Source of the DNA: Magallana gigas
Taxonomy: Eukaryota
Length of the DNA: 64,000 bases
NCBI RefSeq assembly: GCF_963853765.1
Contig: NC_088857.1
Location: forward strand, 6,386,001 to 6,450,000
Direction: 5' to 3'
Shown here: positions 39,801 through 52,900 of the stretch, piece after piece
Layout: each line of letters starts with the position of its first letter
How positions within the stretch are numbered: the stretch's first letter is position 1
Program-made: the position numbers and the translations under genes
The notes under the pieces: generated by a model
Database searches by the model: none
Told to the model about the DNA's origin: nothing
The model's input: only the letters and a program-made list of their open reading frames with translations

Positions 39801-40939
39801 TGAAAATTATTGCTGCACCTATGTGCGACTTTTTGTACAAATGCTCTTTAAGAAAAAGTATGAGTAACTAAAAGTGAATAAACCAATGCAATACTTCAGG
39901 TAGGTAAATAAAGCTATGTAGGTTATTCAAGCTATGCAGCTAAATCTATAGTCTTTCCTAAGATATTTATGCAGCACATTGAAATAAAAAAAAAAAGAAA
40001 AATATCAAAGACATTTATTCACATACACCTTATCATTTTGCGCTTGGAAAAATAATTAATTAACAAGAACGAAAACAGATATCGTCCGAAGATTTATGAT
40101 AGGAAATGTTTACATCTTTTCTCCATTGGAAGTCACTCAAAATACCTCGCACAACTTTTTGACACTAACATATGGGTACCTTTATTCATCTCCTTTGCTA
40201 TATGCAAAATCCTCGTTGACCTTTTATTTTAAAACCTGACAAGCTAGAGGGGGCGTTTTAAAAGGAAATCTTGTGATTTTTACATACTGTTAATGAACAT
40301 CATTTGAACCCGAAGGTATTATAAACGTAGATAAATTTTAAGATCATGTGCAGCAAAAATATCTTGGAACAGATACTGGCGTGCGACCAGTTCTCCCCGA
40401 GTACCATTTCTCGCCAGTACATTGTGACGTCATTTTATGTGTTGATAAAATGACGTCACAATGTACTGGCGAGAAATGGTACTCGGCGACAACTGGTCGC
40501 ACGCCAGTATAGATATAGATCATGGAGTTTATTTTTAACAGGGAGGGGGAAACAATACAGTCCACTATGAGAATTATTTTCTGAGACATTCGGTCTTAAA
40601 GGGTTATAATTATAGCAAGCATAATTATAACACTTAATTTTTAAACATCTTTATGAGTTCTGCCCTAATGGTGTAAATTCACTGGGTTTTTTTATCCCTT
40701 GTATTGATATTATTTGTTGATCTCTCATATATAAGCGCATTTTTTTAACACCGTCTACAGATCAAATTAATCTTTTGGTTCTGGAAGCTGAAAATGATGT
40801 TTCGAGAAAATGCGGAATGAAAATTTTTGTAAACATCTCAAGTTTGCTATGAAAAACTTTTCTCTGGAGGTTCTGAATAAGGCCTATATTGGCACGCAAA
40901 ATTTATGAAGAAAATGTTAATGTAAAACTTACCCTCCAT
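36818..40939 (-). CDS. PIFO: Protein pitchfork / ciliary microtubule-associated protein 3 (STPGR-repeat family, about 194 aa)
   Basis: Exons 40939-40933, 38913-38768, 38406-38308, 37957-37821, 37629-37503, 36886-36818. Translation includes VSF..TMDRELFP...PPNRFGNEIVPLRGAPHRGPGCY, SVKGYTLGART, TPCPTEYQ, PGPGTYE and terminal RKLAYLKLYWD, matching pitchfork motifs (PLRGSPHRGPGCY, KGYTLGART, VAYLSLYY). Confidence 0.85.
40373..40510. mobile_element. 138-bp palindromic MITE-like element in PIFO intron 1
   Basis: 66-bp arms (40373-40438 and 40445-40510) with 2 mismatches and a 6-nt loop. Confidence 0.7.
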
Positions 40940-40989
40940 TTTGGTATGTATTTTTCAGGATATACTAGAATTATCAAAACATTAAAATA

Positions 40990-41100
40990 TGAATAAAGAT
41001 TTTTCTCAAAATGCTTCGATGTTGCTATGAAATCTGCGCATGCGTCATGAACATTAATTTCCGGATCCGAGAAATCCCCGGTGAAAACTGAATATTACGG
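40990..41100. promoter_or_regulatory. Putative bidirectional promoter PIFO/GTF2H1
   Basis: NRF1-type palindrome TGCGCATGCG at 41035-41044 and an ETS-like TTCCGG at about 41058, between divergent ATGs at 40939 and 41556. Confidence 0.55.
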
Positions 41101-41555
41101 GAAAAATTGTAAAAGCACACAAAAGGCGGTTTGACAACATTGTTCTAATATAGAACCTCCAATACCACCAATATGACGAAATCTCAGATACATAAAATCT
41201 CCATTTGATTTAAAATTCATTACAGGTAGGCCTAATAGAGATTAAATAACAGACGCAAAACCGTTCGAATTGTCTGTGTTGCACAATACTGACCATGTGA
41301 TAGACAGTAACAGGCCAGTCCAGTATCGAGAATTGTTCAATACATTGTAGGGTTAATTTTTTTCTGAAGACTATTATATTCACAACATCTGAATTTTCCC
41401 AGTTTTAAACATATACTTTCATAAAATTGTCAACACTTAACTTATACAGTTGTAAGTATCAGAGACATAAAGAACATTTTGTTATTGTTATTTTTTGTCT
41501 GTAAATACACAACTATACACAGTTTTAAACTATATAGGTTTCATATACCCAAAAA

Positions 41556-44500
41556 ATGGCAGCTCGGTCGGAGGAGGTACTACTGATTGTGAACCATGTG
41601 CGGAACAAGAAGACTGACGGCACGCTGTACATGATGGGGGAGAGGATGGGCTGGATGCAGGGCAGCAAGAGCACCTTCTCCATCAGCTATATGTATGCTG
41701 ATATCAAAGGTTAGGAGATAGTTGAAACAGTGTATGTTTCTGGCATTGAACTTTAAGCAGTTGAAGCATTAACGATGTTTCTCAGTCACAAAAACCTTCC
41801 TCTTCATTTTTTAACAACAGAAAAGACTGGTGGTTTTGATAAGTTATATTTATTTGAGATATTTTATATTTGTGAACTGCCAAAAGTTGATCAAATATTA
41901 CCAGACCAAAAAATTTGAAAAATGGAATGGATTAGAATTGAATAAATCGTATTAAGGTTCAATGTATTGAGAACAGAAAATGGCCATAAATTGTGTCAGA
42001 AACACACTTGCCCTCTTTTTTTCAGCACAGAAAATTTCACCTGACTCAAAAGAAAAAGTTCAGCTTCAGTTAGTATTGCATGATGGAGGAGCAAACACAT
42101 TTCATTTCATCAATCCCAAGGGACGGTCAGCGGCCATTGCTGACAGAGACGGGGTGAAGGATCTACTACAACAACTGATTCCAAAGTTCCGACGGAAACT
42201 CAGCAGTGAGCTGGAGGAGAAAAACAGGTGTGTTAAAAACAAATTCAGTGAGATGCACTGGTATATTTCTCAGACTCCAGTTTGTTGCGAATAGTTAATG
42301 GGAAGCAGAAATAAATATTTTGATATGTATAAAAGAGAAGAAAAACAGTTCTTTTATTGTGGGATCCAGGCATCTGAATAAATATTTTTTAATAATCTTT
42401 CGTTTTTGTCAGTAAGAATACGATATTTGATTAATGCATTGTTTGCATTTTAAACTACATGTATATTCATGAAATCTCTTTGTTGGGTCTGGGCTTTTCA
42501 TCTATTGTAACTATGGAGTGAACCATTTTTTCTCTTAACCATTTGAAGATTTATACAAAAAAATGTGTGGCACCATCTGAACAGTATGAATCTACTCACT
42601 ATGATTTGATAATAAATCCTTGAGTAAATAACATTTTAATCTTTGCTATAAAAAAGTGATATACAATCCTTAATAGTAGGCCTCCACCACTATGTACTAA
42701 ATTGTGCATAACAGGTTTGAATATAATAACCAAGTAATAAAATTAAATTTTTTTAATGTAGGATGCTCCAGGAAAACCCAGAGTTGTTCCAGTTATACAA
42801 GGATCTTGTGGTGACAGGAGTTATCACTGCTGACGAGTTTTGGGCTTCAAGGGTAAATGGCAGCAGCCTGTTCTTCTCAAGTATTAACGAGGCCGGGTCT
42901 AATTTTTTCTGCCCTAGATTTTTGAATGAAATTTTTTACATGAATTTCTACGGATATAATTATTATTTTAATAGAAAAAAAAATTAAACATTTACCACAC
43001 TGTTTGTTTAGGGGGTCATCTCAAAGTTTGTTAATTTTTAACATAGGACCCTATGGGATTTTGCTTGAAATGTATCAATTTTGCACATTTTTTACATTTT
43101 TTAAAAACTTCTGCTCTAGGGATTTCTTTTTCTGTTCTACATATTAAAGTTATTGCTAAAAGGCATCAAATGGTCAAATAAAAAAACCTTTTACCTCCTG
43201 GTTTGTTCCAGGGATCTTTTCAAAGTTGTTTTTTGTATACCCAATTTCCCAGTTTGTCAGATAATGGCTATTTTTTATTTGACAAAAGCGGAAATGGTGA
43301 TCTTTATAGTATTATTAAAACATTCAGACATATTTAAGCAATAAATAAATATATAACATCACATATTAAGGGTCATTAATATAAAATACATGGTTTCTGT
43401 CTTGAAATATATGAATTAAGCTATATTTAGGCGGGTTAAGAAAACCTGAGAGGGCTGGGCTTGCTGAACCCTCTTCACGTTTTCGACCCGAGCCCAAATA
43501 TAGCTTATACTTCGAGACATTTATGTTTATTCCACAATAAAAGTCAATTTTACGCATCAAACGAGCTATTTTCAACAAATTTCGCTGAATATCTGCAGTT
43601 GAAACTATCACGCCATGGGGTCAACAACGCAAAAAGATGACGTCACAATACAAATGAAACGCTGCGCGAAAGCGTGCGTACTCGTTCTGTATTCGGCCTC
43701 GTTAAACAATCACATAAGCTCAATTAAGCAGTGCTTCTAAAGTTTTGGCATATATCACAAGCCTGTTTGTAAGTTGTCTCATTATTGTTGTAGAAGAATC
43801 AGAGTACTGTCAAAACAGACAAGTCACAGAATGTGGGAGTGTCAGCCGCTTTCCTGGTATGAATTTAGATAAACTGGAACGGTATCTTTTCTCAGATTAC
43901 TTGATTTCGAAAAAGCAAATACTGTGTATTCATTTTATTGTTTCGGTGCAAATTTAAGGTAAATTTAATGCATCTTTCGTAATTTTTAGTGATCAAGAAA
44001 ATGACAGGTCATACGATTATTGCTATTGCAGAATTGTTTTTTCATTACATTTATTTGCAGGTCGATCAAGTACTGTGGTTTCATCAATATTCATTGAATA
44101 CCAATTTTCGTAGATTTTGTTGTTAAGTTGATCCACGAAATTTAATGTCCATTGAAGTGTAATTTCTATTAACATTTTCTATTGATAGGGTCATTGGCCA
44201 CGAATTTACGTATCCTTGAAGCTATGATTTTCACTTTATCCACGAAAATTGATACCCTTGAAAATTAATAAAACCACAGTAATACATGCAATTTATTTCA
44301 TTTTCTTTTATGTATCCAGGCTGATATTAAACCTCAGACAGATGGCTGTAATGGACTGAAGTACAACCTTACTGCTGACGTGATTGAGTCGATATTCCGC
44401 ACATATCCCATGGGTAAGCCTGCTGAGCTCCAACAATCAAATTGTCTCAGATTCTGTAAACCAACAATTATTGGCAATGATTTTATTTCTAGATGTGACA

Positions 44501-46802
44501 GCTAATGATTAGCTGGTTTGCAGTTATAATTTTTTGCAACAGAGCCTATCTAGGGTACATGTATGTTGATATTCAATAACAAATACTACACTGATTTAAA
44601 GACTGAATCGCAAATCTTGGCAAATATGAGATTATCAAAACCTTGTTTAATTTTTTCTTACATTTGCTAGCAACAGCATATTTCTTGGAATAGATGATCA
44701 TTATATTGAAAAATTGTTGTAGTGAAAAAGATGCATGCTGAGCATGTTCCTCACAACATGACAGAGAGTGAGTTTTGGACCAGATTCTTCCAGTCCCATT
44801 ATTTCCACAGAGATCGGACAGTGATGGGATCAAAGGATGTCTTCACAGAATGTGCCAAAGTTGATGAAAAAGGTCAGTCAGATTTCTCAGTTAAGAAATG
44901 ATTTTCTATTCAATATAACAAAGCTGTACTTATAAAATATCTATAATATTTTTTGTTGCCCTGAAAATTTTAGTTTTTAGCAGACCAATTAGTATTTGTT
45001 AAGTTTTCAGATTTGGCGTGTGTTTCTTGGCTTCAGTTTATCATATGTTTTTTTCTTTTAGATATGAAAGAAGAAATATCTTGTAAAATGGTTGACCCAT
45101 TTTTGGATCTCACAAAAATATCAGACTCTTCTCTCCATGAGGTATGAAAATATTAACAAATTTTAAGCAATTGCAATTATGTCTAAAAATGCCCATGTGT
45201 ATAATAAACAGTAGGTAATGTATGACAATCTGAACTTTCAGGATTATCGAGGTCTGACGGAAGACACAAGGATTAGTAATAATGTGACAAATGGAACCAT
45301 GATTCGGAGATTCAATCATCATTCTACTATGGTGCTGAAAGCTTGTACAAAAAACTCGCAAAATGCTCAGAGCTCAAGTGCAGCAGACAATTCTGTTCAG
45401 TCCAGTGATACTCAAAATGGAGAAGTGACACCCAAAGTGAATGGTGTAGTAAACGGAGAGCAGGGGCCGAGTACCAGCAAAGACTACTGGGAACCATTGG
45501 CCAAAAAACAGAAAATGCAGGAGAAGATTCACATGGATGATTTAGGAGACTTAAAGAGTAAAAAGAATGTGAATTTACGCCTACACAAGATGGAGGGTTA
45601 TCTACATGGTCCCACTCCTCTCATGATGTCTCGCTACACAACCAGTGAGGACCTGGTTCAATCCTCGGAGTCAGTGATGCAGGACGTCTACCAGTGGTCA
45701 CCTGACCTGTCAAATGTAGGTCAACCACGTTCTCTGTCAATGTTCTGTTTCTGTTGTGGACAGAAATCTAACTTTCATGTCTTAATTCGATCAGATGATA
45801 TTTCATTGTACTAGTAGTTATTCAGTGTATTGTTAAACACAACTTTTGTGTTTATTTCTGATACAGGTGCTGTCTGGGTCACAAGCCATTGTTATCCTCA
45901 GTGAACTCTCACCAGGAGGGGCCCTAATGAAAGGAACAAGTCATCAAGAATTGAATCGTAAGTCTTTGTCTAATTATTTACTAATAGTAATCTTTAAATG
46001 CAATCGATGCAAAGGTTAGCTCTTGGATAAATTGACACTTTCAAATGCACTTTGCATTCTGGGCGCTTTTTGTGATGGGGTAGTTCTAGATCTCATGCAT
46101 GCACCATGCTTTTAAAAACTATCGACAAATGCACATTAAATACCAAATTATGCTATATGATTAATATGAATGTCACTTCCCAACACTTGTTACAGAATTT
46201 ACTGATAATATTTAAAAAGTAAACTTTAACTTTACCTTCATAGCTTTTCTATTAAGTATTGTATTTATAAATTGGAGAAGGAAATACACATGCAGATGTA
46301 TTAATAACAGTAGTTGTTGGATGTCTTGATTCTTCTTCAGTTAAAAGTTGACCCATTTTTGTTGACAGAGATTGTTCCCCCTGATGTCCAGGAGGAGGTG
46401 AAGGCCAATTATAGCGCCCTGTTGGAACTGCTGCGCCACTTCTGGACCTGTTTCCCTGTGTCATCCAAATCCCTGGAAGAGAAGGTAATGGAGGGAGAAT
46501 CTATTTAATATTAAAGGGGGGAGTAGATGTTGTAAATAGAGAAGGGTGACTTGTCATTTATAGTACATTGGCTGATTTGTACATATGCAAGGGTTGATCC
46601 AAAAGTAATGTCACACAATTCACCGCACTTTTCATGAGCGCTGTATTGCGTAAAATGATGTGTCAACGTATTTAAGCAAAATTTTAATTCGAAATAAAAA
46701 CTTGATCATAGTTCATCAAAAAATTAAAAAGATATTAATAACATGATATATGTATGACATTGCTGCATCATGAATTTACATCTTTTTAGCTCAGCTGAGC
46801 CA

Positions 46803-46834
<32 letters not shown>

Positions 46835-46863
46835 GTCCGTTGTCTGTCGTTGTCAGCGTTGTC

Positions 46864-46902
<39 letters not shown>

Positions 46903-49900
46903 AAGAACCACTGGGCAGATTTCAACCAAATTTGGCACAAAGCACCACTAGGTGAAGTAGATTCTAGTTTGTTCAAATGATTGGCCACGCACTCTTTAAA
47001 GGGGAGATAATTGAGAATTATTGAAAATTTGTTGGTATTTTTGTCCCCCGCTGCAACGCGGAGCGGGGACATAGAAATGCCGGGCGTGTGTCCGTGCGTT
47101 CGTCCGTCACACTTTTTTGTAAGCGCTCTCATGCCTACAAATTTTGACGGATTTTCATTAAATTTAAACCAAATGTTTATACCACTATTACCTTGGTCAA
47201 GTTCGAAAATCAGCATTGGTCGATATTTTTTGTTGGAATTATGGGACTTTGACCACAATAATGACTCCGTTTTATCCAAAAATTGACCTTGTAAGCGCTC
47301 TCTTGCCTACAAATTTTGACGGATTTTCATTAAATTTATACCAAATGTTTATACCACTAATACTTTTGTCAAATTCGAAAATCAGCATTCGTCGATACTT
47401 TTTGTTGGAGTTATGGGACTTTGACCACAATAATGACTCCGTTTTATCCAAAAATTGACCTTGTAAGCGCTCTCATGCCTACAAATTTTGACGGATTTTC
47501 ATTAAATTTATACCAAATGTTTATACCACTAATACCTTGGTCAAGTTCCTAAATCAGCCTTGGTCGATAGACTCGATACTAGTATACTGCTTGACCGGCG
47601 GGGGACCCAGGAATTCTATTCTTGTTCAAAAATCTTCTTCTCAAAAACTATTCGGCCTGAAAAGCTTAAACTTGTGTGGAGGCATCCTCAGGTAGTGTAG
47701 ATTCAAGTTTGCTCAAATCATGGTCCCCGGGGGTAGGGTGGGGCCACAATTGGGGGATCAAGTTTTACATAGAAATATATAGAGAAAATATTTAAAAATC
47801 TTCTTCTCAAAAACTATCTGGCCAGAAAAGCTCAAATTTGAGTGGAAGCATCCTCAGATAGTGTAGATTCAAGTTTGTTCATATCATGGTAACCAGGGTA
47901 GGGTGGGGCCACAATGGGGGATCAAGTTTTACATAAGAATATATAGAGAAAATCTTTAAAAATCTTCTTCTCAAAAACTATCTGGCCAGGAAAGCTCAAA
48001 TTTGAGTGGAAGCATCCTCAGATAGTGTAGATTCAAGTTTGTTCAACTCATGGTCCCCGGGGGTAAGGTGGGGCCACAATTAGGGGATAAATTTTTATAC
48101 AGGAATATATAGAGAAAATCTTATAAAGAAATTCTTTTAAAAACTATTTGGCCAAGAAAGCTCAAATTTGCATGTAACCATCCTCAGATAATGTAGATTC
48201 AAGTTTGTTCATATCATGGTCCCTGGGAGTAGGGCGGGGCCACAATGGGGGATAAATTTTTATATATAGAGAATTAAATCTTTAAAAATCTTCTTCTCAA
48301 AACTATTACACCAGGAAAGCCCAAATTTGAGTGGAAGCATCCCCAGATCGTATAGATTCAAGTTTGTTTAAATAATAGTCCAGGGGTATGGTGAGGCCAC
48401 AATGGGGGATGCATTTTTACATAGGAATATATAGAGAAAATCTTTAAAAATCTTCTTTTTAAAGACTATTTGGTCAGAAAAAGCTTAAACTTGTGTAAAG
48501 GCATCCTCAGGTAGTGTAAATTCAAGTTTGCAAAATCACAGTCCCTAGTGATAAGGCAGGGCCGTGATGGCGGTTTAAAGTTTTACATAGGAATATCTAG
48601 AGAAAATCTTTAAAAATATTCTAGGAAAGTTTTCGGTCCAAAACTCAGTACTTAGTGTGAAAGCAAAGGTTATGCAGATTTAAGTTTGATGAAACCATGA
48701 TTTCTTAGAGAAAAGTGGGGCCACGAAATTGGGGGGGGGGGGGGTATATAGGAATAGAGAAAAATCTTCTTACAGGTACAACAACAAAAAGGGTTTGGTA
48801 TTTACAAAAAAAAAAGAGATGGATAAAAATTGGCAGATTTTTAATATTTTTTTTAGCAAGATCTATTGTACTTAGTTGTCAAGATATTTTGATACTGTAA
48901 TGCTAATTTGATCAGAATTAAGGCAATTGTTGCTCAGGTGAGCGATGTGGCCCCTGGGCCTCTTGTTTAAGGTTTTAATTTAAGAATAAATTTCAAGTTA
49001 CACAAGTTGAGAAGCTCTCAACAACAAATGTCAATATTTTGAAATAGATATAACAAAGACGTTTCAAAAAATATTATAAAGGGAGCGTTACCGTCCATTT
49101 TAGATAATGTGCAGTTTCTTTTGTCTCTAGGTAAAGTACCGTTATTTAAAGGGTCGGACATGGAATTGTGATATGAAGCATTAATTGCTTTGATAGATAG
49201 AAATCACTCAAAAATGTTGAGGATTTCATTTATCCAGGCACGTAGCATCGGGGGGGGGGGGGGGGGGGGGGGGGCGCCAGGGGGGGCCCGGGCTCCCCTC
49301 CCCCCCCCCCATTTTTTTCTGGAGCAACTAATTTTTTAGAATTTACATATAAAAAATTGAATTATCATGGAGTTGCCCCCCCCCCCCCCCCCCCCCCCCA
49401 CTTTTAGGGAGCATGTAAAAAATTAATATGAAAATAAGGAAATTAGGATTGACATTGAAGTTTACTGATTGCACATTAAATAATCCGATACACTACTTCA
49501 TATGTCACTAAAATAGTTACTTGATTAAGACAAAAGGATAAAGAATATGTGAATAGGCCATCATGACCAATCTTTTTAAGAAAGTTAAATCCTTCTCTGT
49601 GCCATGAAGGTGAATAAGGCAGGTGCTTATTCCTGGTTTCTGTAGTGGATGAGAGTCATTGCTTAATTTCAGCTGGGTGGACTGAGACAATTTAGATAAA
49701 GTGCCTTGTCTAAGTGCACAACATCAAGTGACCATAGCAGGGTTTGAACCAGTGACCTTTCGGTTACTAGCCTAATGCCTGTGATCATTAGCCATGTGCT
49801 CCATTTGAGCCATGTGCTCCACTAATCGTTTTAGAAAGGACTAAATTATAAAGTCCAGAAATGATGTTGCTAAAGTGCAATCTAATTAAAATTAGATCTT

Positions 49901-52900
49901 GATCGCTAAACTTAGTGTAGGGATCCTAGTGAGCGGATCTAACATCTAATCTTAATTAGATTGGCTAAAGTGCGGCAACTATCCTTATTCCATTCTCTAT
50001 GAAAGATATCTTCAGAAGTAGTAATCATAACTTACTAAAAAAAATTCATACTAAAATTTTCAAATACATGTGTTATCTAAATTGAAATAGGTGGCTATCT
50101 CAAAGCGAAAATTCTGTCACTTTACACTGATTATTCTATAATTCACTATTTCATTGGATCTGTGACATTACTTTTGGATCAACCCTCTTACATGTTTGTC
50201 ATTATAGTTACAGTATTTGAGTGTCACTGGTGACATATTGACATTACTCTCATTTGTCTAGGTGTGTCATCCATCATTTGTAAACTTTTGAACAAAAGAT
50301 TCTTGTCTAAATATTTTGTTTGAAACATTGGTAGGGTCACAGGAATATAGGTTTCAAATTTTATTATTTTATTACCGGTACTTTGTTTCATTATTTTTAT
50401 TTTAATTACCAAAATTGTGAAAATTGGACGCTTGTGCCGGGAATTCTGTTGCTTGAGATGACCTTATACACATGTACATTTAGTTTTTCTTTTTAAGATT
50501 TTCTTTTTTCATATTAAATTTGTTTCAAAAGCATCTGTCACCGAGGGGAAAGGGCACTATAGGAAAAGGGGAATTAACTTGTATAGGCCCAACCCAAGAG
50601 ACAGGGGGTCAGCCTAGTCAATAGGCTTAAATTGACCTCTAAGTCGAATATGCATAGAGCTATAACTCGAAGGCAGGTTTCACAATTTATTGATTAAGTG
50701 ATTTTAATTAACTTATAAAATATCAACAATAATCAAATAGAATAAAGTCAAAAGAACAGGATAAAAATAAATATTTCTTAAAAAGCCAAATGAGTCAGAA
50801 TGAATTTAACTCAATGTTGCTTAGTCTACTGACGGACTGGTGGACAGTCAACTAGATAGTCAGTGTGAAGACATAAGCAACATGAGATAGTGGCCGAAAG
50901 AGTCTGACTGAAATTTAGCTCGATGTTGCTTAGTCTTACTGACAGACTGATGGACAGTCAACTAGATAGTCAGTATGGAGACATAAGCAACATGAGGTAG
51001 CGGCCGAAATGAGTCAGATTGAAATTTAGCTCGATGTTGCTTAGTCTTACTGACAGACTGGTGGACAGTCAACTAGATAGTCAGTATAAAGACATAAGCA
51101 ACATGAGGTAGCGGTCGAAAGTTTCTGACTGAATTGAATAAATTTCTAACTGTATTTATATTCTAAAAGATAATTAATGAAAGTGAGGCACAGTACTCAT
51201 GATAATTACTCAGAACAATTACATTGACTAATTGGGGATAATTAGGAGAGTAGACTGACCCTCGCTAATTAATTGTCATCTGGCATGAGTTAACTCTAAA
51301 ACACGTTACTCAAAATTACACACCATGACAGATTTAAAATTTTAAGAATGTTGGCCGCAGCCACAACTTAGAATTATTGAATAAATTCTGTGTAGTCCCC
51401 CATCCTGACCTTATCTGCCACATATATTTTATTGCTTTGCTATGACTTATTAAAAAAAGCATGGTGTGGCGTACCTGTGTCATATTCTCCCAATATACTT
51501 TAATGTGATCTTACAATTTTTAGATTTTAAAAATCTGCTGTTTAGATGTATTACCCTAAATCAAATGTATTTTCATCAATCTGTCATGACAAAAACCATG
51601 TAGAAAATGAAATTAGATATTGTCACCCCTTTGTCAGTACTTATATGTAATTTTATTCCTGTAAGGTTGTAAAAATGAAGTCAACATTAGAGAGATTTCA
51701 GATGGCCAAGCTAATTCCCCTCAAAGAACGACTTCAGGAGTACCACTACACTGTTAATGTAAGTAATCATAATATCAGTTTTAGTCCTGATAACGTCAGT
51801 GTACAATTGTATGTCATTTTAATACCAGTGTTAGTTGTTGTTAAATCAGTGTAAGTCATTTCAGTATAAGTGTGCAAATATAAGTCGTAATTCATTGCAA
51901 GTGTAAGTCAATGTAATACCAATGTAAGTCATTGCAAGTGTCATTGTTATATAAGTGCAAGTCATTATAATATCAGTGTAAGTCAATGTAATATCAGTGT
52001 AAGTCATTGCAAGTGTCATTGTTATATCAGTGCAAGTCATTATAATATCAGTGTAAGTTAATGTGATATCAGTGTAAGTCATTGCAAGTGTCATTGTTAT
52101 ATCAGATTAAGTCATAATAATATCAGTGTAAGTCAATGTAGTATCAGTGTAAGTCATTGCAAGTGTCATTGTTATATCAGCAAAAGTCATTTTAATATTG
52201 AAGTAGGTCATTGTAACACCTCAGATTTATAAGTCATTGCAATATCAGTGTAAGTCATTTCATTGTAATATCAATGCAAGTCATCATAATATCAGTGTAA
52301 GTCAATGTAATATTAATATCAGTGTAAGTCATTGCAAGTGTCATTATAATATCAGTGTAAGTCAATGTAGTATCAGTGTAAGAAATTGCAAGTGTCATTG
52401 TTATATCAGTGTAAGTCATTGTAATATTGATGTAGGTCATTGTAACACCTCAGATTAAGTCATTGTAATATCAGTGCAAGTCATCATAATATCAGTGTAA
52501 GTCAATGTGATATCAGTGTAAGCCATTGCAACGCAGGTAGGTTAAGGCAACTTTTAGTTTAATGACCGTCAAAATTATGATCTATTTGAAAACTGTTTAT
52601 TTTTATGAAAACAGTGTGTTATATTAATACCAAGTGAACGTGTTCACCAAGATATTATTTTTCTACTTCGGAATCGACTCGATCTTTGAAGCTGCCGTGC
52701 CATGGTATCACGTGACAGTTATAAATAGATCAATTTTTTACCTTAACAAAAAATCAAAAAGTGTAACACTACCCCGAAGTTCATTTGTCTGTTTGTTACA
52801 ATAATTCGATCGTCAATTAGTTCAGGTTTATTAGTATTACTGCTAGAATCCTATTGTTAATCGCATGAAATAAATATTGTAAATATTTATCGGAAACCCT

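Larger units (their letters stand above)
46588..50188. mobile_element. Tc1/mariner-like non-autonomous element (outer shell of a nested stack)
   Basis: Perfect 25-bp inverted repeat GGGTTGATCCAAAAGTAATGTCACA at 46591-46615 and 50161-50185. The ends resemble the TA-CGAGGG mariner consensus. Confidence 0.7.

Noticed and set aside
46770-47458. ORFs of 60-130 aa in the GTF2H1 intron
   Set aside because: They derive from non-autonomous Helentron repeats; no transposase or Rep/helicase motifs.
49740-49822. tRNA gene
   Set aside because: A and B boxes are present but there is no cloverleaf, and a CORE-like body follows, so it is a SINE head.
50790-51135. 110-bp array as a CRISPR or hammerhead retrozyme
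   Set aside because: Units lack variable spacers and the hammerhead CUGANGA core is not present. Kept only as an unexplained hairpin array.
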